Source: Deltaproteobacteria bacterium
GTDB lineage: Bacteria; Desulfobacterota; Desulfomonilia; UBA1062
Direction of reading: 5' to 3'
DNA: 64,000 nt
Assembly: GCA_018433085.1 (NCBI GenBank)
Contig: JAHDRW010000041.1
Coordinates: 19,386-83,385, forward strand
In this document: in pieces, positions 48,774 through 57,267 of the stretch
Layout of the letters: every line of letters starts with the position of its first letter
Numbering within the stretch: the first letter of the stretch is position 1
The notes under the pieces: model-generated
Databases searched by the model: none
Seen by the model: the letters and a program-made list of their open reading frames with translations, nothing else
Told to the model about the DNA's origin: nothing
Made by a program: the position numbers and the translations under genes

Positions 48774-49138
48774 CCGGCCCTGTCAACCGCGTCACCGGGT
48801 TTCCATTCGGCACTGCGGTCACCGGCTCGGGATGCGGCCCGGGAGCAAGCCGCTATCAAGATCTTGCGAAGACTTACAGTCGTTGCTTAGCGCTATCACG
48901 GCTCTCGCCGGATAGCCTTCTTCGACCCGATTTCATCAACCTTTCTTGTGAAAAATCACGTATCAACCTTCTTCAAAATTGCGAAATCACTTCTCTACAA
49001 CGAGGTCTCGCTGACACGTCAGGCCCCAGGACGACACAGGTAACAAGCCCCTGAAAAGAAACGGCCGAAGAAACAGGCGCTCTCTATGCCTTCTCACGAT
49101 GCTATCCCCTTACTGTATTTCCCCAGATTTGACTTATT

Positions 49139-50011
49139 TTATGCAGGGTCCTTGCTCCTGAATTTCATTTTCAACACAAGCGACAGGATCGATGCCGGAA
49201 TGAACGACGAGAGCCTGATGGTAAGAATCCGGGACAGAAAAAACAGGAGGCTGTGGGGGATAAGCCTTACGATACCCAGATATAAAATGCGGTTGTGCAG
49301 GCCTGGGACAAAACGTCCCTTCCCTTTCCCGAAGGCCTTTACCCCTGGTGCGACGACCTCCTCTACGCCCATGAAGGACATCATCATGGGGATGTAGTCC
49401 TGCGGGACCCCTGCGTCATGAATGAGGCGAGTCCTGGTGAAGGGTGGATTGAGCGTGGAGATGACGACCTTGCCCCCCCTGGGCAGCTCAGCCCTCATTG
49501 CCTCGGTGAAGCTCTGGGTAAAGGCCTTGGTCGCGGCATAGAGCGCCAGCGTCGGAACGGGCTGAAACGCCGAAACCGACGAGATGTTCAGGATGCCCCC
49601 TTCACCCCGCTCGATCATGGCGGGCAGGAAGAGGCGGCTCAGCTTCGCATATGCCATGCAGTTGAGCAGGATCATGGTATTCAGCTTCTCGAGGGGCATA
49701 TCCGAGAATGTTCCGAACCAGCAGACCCCGGCGTTGTTCACCAGTACGTGGATCTCCACGACCCTCGTCACTTCCTCATACAGCCGCTCGGGGCCATCAG
49801 GGTCGGTAAGGTCCCCATGGAACGTCCACGTCCTGATGCCGTAGGTGCGCCCGAGCCCTTCAGCCCACACCTCAAGATGCTCTTTCCTGCATTCCAGGTC
49901 TGCGAGGACGAGATTCGCGCCCTGGCGGGCAAAGCATTCTGACAGTCCTTTCCCAATGCCCATGGATGAACCGGTCACCAGGACATTCTTTCCCTTCAGA
50001 GACATCTCCAT
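49139..50011 (-). CDS. short-chain dehydrogenase/reductase with hydrophobic C-terminal tail
   Basis: VLVTGSSMGIGKG (TGxxxGxG), NNAG and YAATKAF (YxxxK). The C-terminal ~50 aa are hydrophobic. Confidence 0.85.
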   Translation of the reverse strand: MEMSLKGKNVLVTGSSMGIGKGLSECFARQGANLVLADLECRKEHLEVWAEGLGRTYGIRTWTFHGDLTDPDGPERLYEEVTRVVEIHVLVNNAGVCWFGTFSDMPLEKLNTMILLNCMAYAKLSRLFLPAMIERGEGGILNISSVSAFQPVPTLALYAATKAFTQSFTEAMRAELPRGGKVVISTLNPPFTRTRLIHDAGVPQDYIPMMMSFMGVEEVVAPGVKAFGKGKGRFVPGLHNRILYLGIVRLIPHSLLFFLSRILTIRLSSFIPASILSLVLKMKFRSKDPA

Positions 50012-50019
50012 GATGAAAC

Positions 50020-50534
50020 TCCCCTCTCACGAATAAAATCCCCCCGGTGACCGGATTGCGGCCCCGGGACCGAACAAATGCGGCAAAATCCTCGAATGCG
50101 GTTCTCGTGGTGTATTTGAATGAGTATCCCAAGTCCCTTTTGATCTTGTCATTGCATGCGATCCAGGGATATCGTATCAGGTTCAGGCTCGAACTCGGAA
50201 ACTCCGTGACAATGGAAACCTTCAGGTTCCACATGAGACTGTTCAGAGGCCGGAGGAGCCACATGGGAACCTTCAGGGGCCGGCCCCTGAAGGGCTCGCA
50301 CCATCTCCTCGACGCTCATGGTCCCGTCGGCCGCGAGATTGTAAACACCGGCCTTGTCCTGCTTCAGTGAGAAGGACGTTCTTCGTGCCGTTCACATTAA
50401 TGCCCTCCATCAATAATTGCCGGCGGCCTTATATCGATTCCTATAATGCGCTCTACTTCAGGCTTGTCCCTGAAGCAGCGGACAAGCCTTTGACCGAAAT
50501 ATCCCGAAGCACCGGTAATGAGTACGTGTTTCAT
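50020..50534 (-). pseudogene. NAD-dependent epimerase/dehydratase remnant (internal deletions plus frameshifts)
   Basis: From ATG 50534, MKHVLITGASGYFGQRLV...IDGGH stops after 45 codons. INVNGTKNVLL follows in another frame. KAGVYNLAADGTMSVEEMVRALQG lies in a third frame. RPLKVPMWLLRP...NDKIKRDLGYSFKYTTRTAFEDF lies in a fourth. About half of a normal ~310-aa protein is missing. Confidence 0.65.
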
Positions 50535-50552
50535 GTTATCCCTGCCCGCGGC

Positions 50553-51686
50553 TTACTCGATGATTTCCTTGATGAGGGCCAGTTTCCTGAGCGGGACCAG
50601 GCCGAGGAGGGCCTGGACCTGCCGGGCGTCGCGGTATCGCTTCTCCTGGCCATAGTCCTTCATGTACCCGTTGCCGCCCAGCAGTTGGACACCGTCGGTG
50701 ACAACCTCGCATGCCAGGTCATGGACATGCAGAGCGGCTGCAATGCTGATCCGGCCCCAGTCTTCGAGGTTCTCGTCGATGGCCCTGCAGGTCTGGGTCA
50801 CGCAGAGATCGGCTGCCTTCGACTTTATTGCCATGTCGGCAAGGAGCATCCTCACCTCCGACCAGTTGACGACGGGCCGGCCGCCCTGCTCGCGTTCCTT
50901 GGTGTACTCGATGGCTTCCTTGAGGGAGCCTCTCATGATCCCGGCATTGATGGCCGCGGCTGCTGCGTGCATGATCTTCGATGCCGCCCCGAAATACCTT
51001 TCGCCTTCGCCTTCCTCTCCGATGATCCGGGCGCTCACGCCGTTCAGGGAAATGTCGATGATGGGACAGGCATGGAGCCCGAGGCTGAAGACGGGATCGC
51101 TTTTTGTGACTCCCTTGTCATTGAGGTTCACGAGAAAGAACGAATATCCCTTGCTGCTCGGAGTCCTGGCCGGTATGACAGCCCATTTCGAGAAGCTGCC
51201 CAGGACGAGATAATCGAGCTTTCCCGTGAGCGTGTAGCCCTTGCCCGAAGATAAAGCCTCCGGCAGGATTTTCGACTGGCCGGGATCGGTGAATGACGGG
51301 AAGGCGACGAGATACTCCTTTGCGTCTTTCGCCTTTGGATAGATCTTCTCAGCTATGCCGCCGACCTGAGCGTTCAGGATGATCTCCTGGGACAGCGCGC
51401 TCGTGAAAATGATCAGGGAATAGGATGCGTCCACCTCGGCGACATGCCCGAGCATCATGCACAGGGTGCTGATCCCCTGGCCGATGCCGGCGTACTTCTC
51501 GGGGAGCATGATGCCGAGGAACCCCAGGTCGTATATCTTGTGGAACCCCGACTCGATGATACCGGCATCGAGATTGCCGAAGGGGTACCGGTCGTGCACC
51601 TCGACGTGCGGCTTGAGCTCTTCTCTCGAGAATTTGGTTATGAGATCTTCAAACGGTTTCAGATCGTTGTTCAATGCGGTCAGCAT
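50553..51686 (-). CDS. acyl-CoA dehydrogenase-family protein lacking the MCAD-position catalytic Glu
   Basis: 377 aa with an ACAD fold. The C-terminal RYRDARQVQALLGLVPL aligns to R.RDA....IYEGT, so Leu replaces Glu. AAGGAGG lies 5 nt upstream of the ATG. Confidence 0.8.
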   Translation of the reverse strand: MLTALNNDLKPFEDLITKFSREELKPHVEVHDRYPFGNLDAGIIESGFHKIYDLGFLGIMLPEKYAGIGQGISTLCMMLGHVAEVDASYSLIIFTSALSQEIILNAQVGGIAEKIYPKAKDAKEYLVAFPSFTDPGQSKILPEALSSGKGYTLTGKLDYLVLGSFSKWAVIPARTPSSKGYSFFLVNLNDKGVTKSDPVFSLGLHACPIIDISLNGVSARIIGEEGEGERYFGAASKIMHAAAAAINAGIMRGSLKEAIEYTKEREQGGRPVVNWSEVRMLLADMAIKSKAADLCVTQTCRAIDENLEDWGRISIAAALHVHDLACEVVTDGVQLLGGNGYMKDYGQEKRYRDARQVQALLGLVPLRKLALIKEIIE

Positions 51687-51700
51687 GGCGTCCTCCTTTA

Positions 51701-53206
51701 TTATTCTTCAAAGAACGTTGCCTTGGGACAGGCAGGGGCAACGATGGATTTGAACAGATTGATCCGGTTGAGCTGGTTGGTGCCCTCGTAGATCTGGAGC
51801 AGCTTGGCGTCGCGGATGATCTTCTCCGCGCCGCTGTCCTGCCTGAGGCCCGCCTTGCCCATGAGCTCGAGCGCCATCTGGCAGTTCCTGACCCCGAGAT
51901 CGGTGCACGAGAACTTGGCCATGGAAGCCAGGCCCGTTGTTAGCTGCTGGTCCTTCGGCTTCTGCCAGTCGATGTACCACTTGCTCAAGATCCAGGTGGC
52001 GATGGGTTTGTCGAGCAAGGGCGCGATGACCTTTTTGAAGTAGGACGCGGGGAGGTACCTCAGATAGTAGTAGATGGGCTTCATCTGGAGGAGGTTGTAG
52101 GCCCCCCGGTGCTGGTTCGCCAGGTTGGCCTCGGTGTATGCAAGCCTGCCGAGGCGCACATTGGCGTACATTTCCGCCAGCCTGCACTGCACCCACTCGT
52201 AGGTGACCATTGGCTTGCCGTCGATCTCGGTCTCGTTCGCATATTTCAGAGCGGCCTCGAAGGCCCCGCGCGCGGCCCCTATCCCGAACGCGCCCACTCC
52301 TGCCCGCGAGATGGAGAAAACATAGTCGATGTGCTGCATGTTCACGTCACGGGGAGTCTTCTTCGTAAAGGATTTGATGATATCCGGATCCATCGCCACC
52401 AGCTCGTCCGGGACGAAGCAGTCCTCGAAGTTCAGCACGCTGGCCGGGCAGACCCGCTGACCCATCTTGTTCTCGTGTGTGCCAAGGGAAAATCCCTTCA
52501 TGCCCCGCTTCACCATCAGGGCCACCTTGGTGTCGACGCCCTTTTTCAGGTCGGCATAGGCATAAACGACGTTCCACGTCGAAAAGTGCCCATTGGAGAT
52601 AAATATCTTGCTGCCATTGAGGACGTAGCCTCCCGCGACCTTCCTGGCACTGCATCCCAACCTGCCCTTTGCCTCAAGATCCACCTCCTCCACGTCGGTG
52701 CCTGCCGCGGGTTCGGTGATGCAGTATGAAATGAGGCAGGGTTCCCCGGTCTTCTCGCCTTCGACCACATCGCTCATCACCTTTTTTATGATCCTCGTGT
52801 TGGACAACATCATGCAGGCCGCCATTCCGAGGTAATGTACGCCGATCACGTTCGCGATACCGACACAAACCGATCCGACCTCTTCGAGGAAATACGAGAT
52901 GGACGGCAAGTTGAAGCCCTTTCCGCCGAAGAGCTTCGGGATCCACATGGTGTAAAAACCCCATTCATTGGCCTTCTTCACGAGCTCCACGGGAAGGTAG
53001 TCAGGGTTTTCGTGGGTCTTTCGGTCGAGTTCGAGCGACAGGGGACGCGCCACCTCGTCGTTGAACTTGCGCGCCAGCGCGACTGCCTCCTCGGTTTCCC
53101 TGATCATGGCCTTGGGCATCCTCGGCGCGTAATACAGGGAAAGGCTTTCATTCTCAAACCGGGGAAATTTCGCTATATATGACTTCACCTTCGATCGTTT
53201 CAACAT
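51701..53206 (-). CDS. acyl-CoA dehydrogenase-family protein (long form)
   Basis: ~500 aa: ITEPAAGTDV, IIRDAKLLQIYEGTNQLNRI with the catalytic Glu present. Start trimmed to ATG 53206 (AGGAGG 4 nt upstream). Confidence 0.85.
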   Translation of the reverse strand: MLKRSKVKSYIAKFPRFENESLSLYYAPRMPKAMIRETEEAVALARKFNDEVARPLSLELDRKTHENPDYLPVELVKKANEWGFYTMWIPKLFGGKGFNLPSISYFLEEVGSVCVGIANVIGVHYLGMAACMMLSNTRIIKKVMSDVVEGEKTGEPCLISYCITEPAAGTDVEEVDLEAKGRLGCSARKVAGGYVLNGSKIFISNGHFSTWNVVYAYADLKKGVDTKVALMVKRGMKGFSLGTHENKMGQRVCPASVLNFEDCFVPDELVAMDPDIIKSFTKKTPRDVNMQHIDYVFSISRAGVGAFGIGAARGAFEAALKYANETEIDGKPMVTYEWVQCRLAEMYANVRLGRLAYTEANLANQHRGAYNLLQMKPIYYYLRYLPASYFKKVIAPLLDKPIATWILSKWYIDWQKPKDQQLTTGLASMAKFSCTDLGVRNCQMALELMGKAGLRQDSGAEKIIRDAKLLQIYEGTNQLNRINLFKSIVAPACPKATFFEE

Positions 53207-53360
53207 ACGTCCTCCTTTTGTCGCTGTATTGTCATGAAATTTTTTCATAAAAACCGCTCAATCCACTCAAGAAGGCCCGGCTGTGCCGGCAAGGCCGGCC
53301 CGGCCGGAGAGGGCGCTCACCATCGGCTCATACAAACAGGCACCCCCTCCCCTCCAAGAC

Positions 53361-55847
53361 CTATTCCACCCACGTGATCCTGGGAAACTCTCGATCCACG
53401 GGCTTGTCCACCTTCACTGCGGGGTAGCCCATGGTGATGACGATGGACACGGAGTTGTAGGGCCACTTGAGACCCAGCCTCTTTCCGAACTTTCCTTTGG
53501 TGATGGGATCGAGGTTCAGGGCATTGGCCACGAACCCCACATAGCAGGTTCCCAGGCCCAGCGAATGTGCAGTCAGCACCATGTTCTGACCCAGGATCCC
53601 CATCCCGAGCTCGGGCTCGGAGATGTGCATGCTGTGCTTCAGAAGAAATATGGCAGCAGGAGCATTGAACAGGCAGTGTGCCATGCCTTCGCCGAATTTG
53701 GGATCGAGCGTCCCCTGGATCGCTACCATGGGCCTCTGGTCGATGGCGTTGGGCTTGAGGAATGCCAGGGCCTTCTTCAGCATGGAAAAGCCTGCTCCCT
53801 TGCCCTGGTAGAGCCTGGTGAAGATACCGAGGAACTTCATGGAGGAATTCGACAGGTCCTTGAGGAATTGCCTGTTCGTAACCACCACGAACTTCCACCC
53901 CTGGCAGTTGCCTGCCGACGGCGCAAACCTGCCTGCCTCGATGACCCGGCTGATGATCTCCCTGGGCACGGGACGGTCTTGGTAGACCCGCACGGAGCGC
54001 CTGCGGTAGAGCACCTTCTCAACCCCGGTAAGCTTGTCGTCTATCTCGCTTAAAGGAACGGGTTTTTCCAGCTGGAGGGGATTGGGAAACCCGAGGCCCA
54101 CCTCGGGGTAGTCCATGTCATAGGCGAACCTGCCTTCGTTCACTCGGTAGAAGTGCGGGAAAACAAGCGCCTCCTGCGGGCAGACCGCCTGGCAGTTGTG
54201 ACAGGCGATGCAGATCTTGCCGAAGTACTCAAATCCGGCGAAGTTCGGCTCGCTCAGGCCGCAGCCCAGGCATCTCTTCGGCTCGGACAATGCCTGGCCG
54301 CTGTTCAATGAGATGCCCACCTCCATGTCAGGGTGGTCGATTCTCTGTTTTACCGGGATGTCGGCTGCCTCGTTCCGATCCGCCTTCTTGACTTCGGGGA
54401 AGGGAACGCCCGTATAATCTATCTCCTTTATCTCGGACAGTGCCGCCTCCTTGTCCCTGATGAATGCATCGATGGCGATGGCAGCCTTTCTCCCGGCCCC
54501 GATGGCCTCTGATACCAGTCCGGGACCTTGTGCCGCATCACCTCCCGCAAACACGCCCTTCTCGCCGGTATTCCCCATGACATCCGTCGTGAACCAGGAC
54601 GAACCGAGCAATGGTTCGAACCCCTCGGGCCTGAGGACCTGACCCACTGCAGCGATGAGTGTATCGAAGGCGACGTCGAACTCGCTTCCCTTGACAGCCA
54701 TCGGCTTCGGCCGGCCCGAAGCATCGGGATCTCCGAGCTCCATCTTCCGGCAGACCGCCTTTGCCGCTTTTCCGTCTTTCAATATCTGTACGGGCGCGCA
54801 CAGAAACTCGATCTTCACCCCTTCATCGATGGCCGCCCTTACTTCGGAGCTGTACGCGGGCATCTCGGCGATGGTCCTTCTGTAGAGGACGGTAACGTCG
54901 GAGCCCGTCCTCCGGGCGCAGCGCGCCGCGTCAAGGGCGGTGTTCCCTCCTCCTACAACAATGACCCTCCTGCCGAGCTTGAGGGGCTTGTTATCCTTTA
55001 TGGACCTCAGGTAGTCCAGGCCGGAATAGACGCCGGCCGGGCCTTCACCCTTCATGCCGAGTGCCGTAGCGTTCTGGGCGCCCAGTGCCACATATACCGC
55101 CTTGAACTCCTTCTTCAGGTTGTCGAGCAGGATCTCCCTGCCAACGGTGACATTCAGTTTCAGCCTGACTCCGAGGTCCATGATCCGTTTGATTTCGCCC
55201 TCGACCACCCCTTCGGGCAGGCGGTAGCGCGGAATGGCCCAGGTGAGCATACCTCCCGGCTTCGAAGCCGACTCGAACATGGTCACCTGGTAGCCAAGCC
55301 TGGCGAGCTGGTAGGCGCATGACATGCCAGAGGGTCCGGAGCCCACCACCGCGACCTTTTCATCGATGATCTTGGCGGGCTTCTCGAAGGGAAGCCCCTT
55401 CCGAAGAGCATAATCCCCGATGAAACGCTCCATGCCGTGGATGTTGAGCGGAGCATCAACACCGCCCCGGTTGCAGGAATCCTCGCATGGGTGCGGGCAG
55501 ACCCGTCCGGTCACGGCCGGCATGGGGTTCGTCTGGACGATCATCTTCCATGCGTCCTCGTACGAGCCGCCTTTGGAGAGGAGCTGCATATACCCCCTGA
55601 TGTCCGTCCCCGCAGGACAGTGGTACTGGCACGACGCCTGCTGCTTCGCAGAAGCCTGCTTCCGCGGAATCATCTCTATGGATTGGACCGGACACTGCTT
55701 GACGCATAGGCTGCAGCCGATGCACTTGTCCTTGTCCACCTCAATGCCGAACGGCACCGTCGTCACCGGCGGATCGCTCACATACTTGAACTTGCTTGGC
55801 TTAAAAGAGCCGGACATATCATACCCCCTTTTTGAAATCGTATTCAT
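53361..55847 (-). CDS. multidomain Fe-S flavoprotein: ferredoxin + GltD-like NAD(P)H oxidoreductase + ferredoxin + C-terminal nitroreductase domain
   Basis: CIGCSLCVKQCP; CQYHCPAGTDIRGY...CPHPCEDSC; VAVVGSGPSGMSCAY; VIVVGGGNTALDAARC; CIACHNCQAVCP. The C-terminal ~220 aa have RRSVRVYQDRPVPREII...AGNCQGWKFVVV (nitroreductase-like). ATG 55817 (AAGGGGG 6 nt upstream) is an alternative start. Confidence 0.8.
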   Translation of the reverse strand: MNTISKRGYDMSGSFKPSKFKYVSDPPVTTVPFGIEVDKDKCIGCSLCVKQCPVQSIEMIPRKQASAKQQASCQYHCPAGTDIRGYMQLLSKGGSYEDAWKMIVQTNPMPAVTGRVCPHPCEDSCNRGGVDAPLNIHGMERFIGDYALRKGLPFEKPAKIIDEKVAVVGSGPSGMSCAYQLARLGYQVTMFESASKPGGMLTWAIPRYRLPEGVVEGEIKRIMDLGVRLKLNVTVGREILLDNLKKEFKAVYVALGAQNATALGMKGEGPAGVYSGLDYLRSIKDNKPLKLGRRVIVVGGGNTALDAARCARRTGSDVTVLYRRTIAEMPAYSSEVRAAIDEGVKIEFLCAPVQILKDGKAAKAVCRKMELGDPDASGRPKPMAVKGSEFDVAFDTLIAAVGQVLRPEGFEPLLGSSWFTTDVMGNTGEKGVFAGGDAAQGPGLVSEAIGAGRKAAIAIDAFIRDKEAALSEIKEIDYTGVPFPEVKKADRNEAADIPVKQRIDHPDMEVGISLNSGQALSEPKRCLGCGLSEPNFAGFEYFGKICIACHNCQAVCPQEALVFPHFYRVNEGRFAYDMDYPEVGLGFPNPLQLEKPVPLSEIDDKLTGVEKVLYRRRSVRVYQDRPVPREIISRVIEAGRFAPSAGNCQGWKFVVVTNRQFLKDLSNSSMKFLGIFTRLYQGKGAGFSMLKKALAFLKPNAIDQRPMVAIQGTLDPKFGEGMAHCLFNAPAAIFLLKHSMHISEPELGMGILGQNMVLTAHSLGLGTCYVGFVANALNLDPITKGKFGKRLGLKWPYNSVSIVITMGYPAVKVDKPVDREFPRITWVE

Positions 55848-55993
55848 GGAATCGTTCCCCGTGAGTTTCTCCTGTTCATCCTCTGCATCACACAGATAAG
55901 AGGCGGCCCAGGCGATATGACCTCAAACGCTGTCGGAGAACGGCAGTCCCAGGCCCTGGGCAAACTCGGTGCAGCCTGTGAAGCAGAAATACC

Positions 55994-57232
55994 TCAAGCT
56001 TTCTCGAATATGTGGACGGTCATGGAGGCCTCCTCCACGCCCAGATTGCCTCCACCATTTTCCGTAAGCGCGATGCGAGCGCCCTCGACCTGGCGCTTTC
56101 CTGCCTCGCCCCTGAGCTGGGTCACCACCTCGTGAATCTGGGCAAGTCCGGAGGCCCCGATGGGATGGCCCCGGCATTCAAGACCACCGCTCGTGTTCAC
56201 CGGCAGCTTGCCTCCGAGCGTCGTGGCCCCGGACTCTGCGAACGGCCCGCCTTCGCCGGGGACGCAGAATCCCATTGCCTCAGTTTGATGAAGCTCTCCA
56301 TAGGCCGTTGCATCATGAAGCTCGGCCAGGTCGATATCCATGGGACCGACCCCGGCAATCTCATAGGCCTTCTTGGAAAGCCGCTCGCCGATATCCTCCC
56401 CATCGATGTCCCGATGGGTGGCGGACCCGAGCACGGACGCCCTGATCCTCACCGGCCGTGCGTTCTTGAGTTTCCTCAAGTACCGATCCGAGCAGAGAAT
56501 GGCTGCAGCTGCGCCATCTCCGACCGGAGCGCACATGGGCACCGTGAGGGGATAGGTCACCGGTCGGGCGTTCATGACCTCGTCCACGGTCATGGTCTCC
56601 TGAAACTGCGAATTGGGGTTGATCGATCCGTGGAAATGGTTTTTGGAGCAGATCTTGGCGAGCTGTTTCTTGGTTGATCCGTATGTCTTCATGTGCCAGC
56701 GTGCGCCCATTGCATACGCGTCCATAAAGATGCTTCTTCCCTCGCCCGGAGGGGTCTCGCCCGGCGGGGGTGTAAAATCGAGCTTCTCGTTGAGTTCCAT
56801 GAGCATATTGATGTGCGATTCGAAATTCTCTACATCCATGCAGGTGGCATAGGCGCTCAGTGACATGGCCTTGTTCTGGTGGGTGATCTTCTCGGAGCCC
56901 AGCGCCAGCACCACGTCGTACATGCCTGAAAGGATAGATATATACCCCAGGTGGAAGGCAGTAGACCCCCCGGCGCAGGCATTCTCACAGTTCACGATGG
57001 GAAGTCCGCTCAAACCCGTGTCCCAGAGCATGACCTCTCCGCGGATGGAATGCTGGTTTGCAAACATGCCCCAAAAAGAATTCGAAACATAGGCAGCCTG
57101 CAGGTCCTCTACCCCCAGTGCCGCATCGGCAAGCACGAGGTTCAGGGCATCCTTTGCCATCCCCCGCACCGATCCGTCGAGATACTTGCCGAATCGTATC
57201 ATGCCGACTCCGATCACATATACGTTATCCAT
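55994..57232 (-). CDS. thiolase-family protein (SCP-x / nonspecific-type)
   Basis: MDNVYVIGVGMIRFGK...VNCENACAGGSTAF has the active-site Cys, and ...NTSGGLECRGHPIGASG lies near the C-terminus. ATG 57232 lies 6 nt after AAAGGAG; the ATG at 57238 abuts the SD. Confidence 0.85.
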   Translation of the reverse strand: MDNVYVIGVGMIRFGKYLDGSVRGMAKDALNLVLADAALGVEDLQAAYVSNSFWGMFANQHSIRGEVMLWDTGLSGLPIVNCENACAGGSTAFHLGYISILSGMYDVVLALGSEKITHQNKAMSLSAYATCMDVENFESHINMLMELNEKLDFTPPPGETPPGEGRSIFMDAYAMGARWHMKTYGSTKKQLAKICSKNHFHGSINPNSQFQETMTVDEVMNARPVTYPLTVPMCAPVGDGAAAAILCSDRYLRKLKNARPVRIRASVLGSATHRDIDGEDIGERLSKKAYEIAGVGPMDIDLAELHDATAYGELHQTEAMGFCVPGEGGPFAESGATTLGGKLPVNTSGGLECRGHPIGASGLAQIHEVVTQLRGEAGKRQVEGARIALTENGGGNLGVEEASMTVHIFEKA

Positions 57233-57267
57233 GTGCATCTCCTTTTCATTATTAAAAGCTTCCCTTT

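Noticed and set aside
49872-50264. 130-aa minus-strand ORF treated as an intact gene
   Set aside because: Only its first ~80 codons resemble an epimerase C-terminus, and the rest runs into the SDR gene. It is the last frame of the epimerase pseudogene.
55628-55642. TGGCAC-GACGC-CTGC on the plus strand
   Set aside because: It lies inside the 828-aa minus-strand gene, points at no gene, and has a mismatched -12 element.
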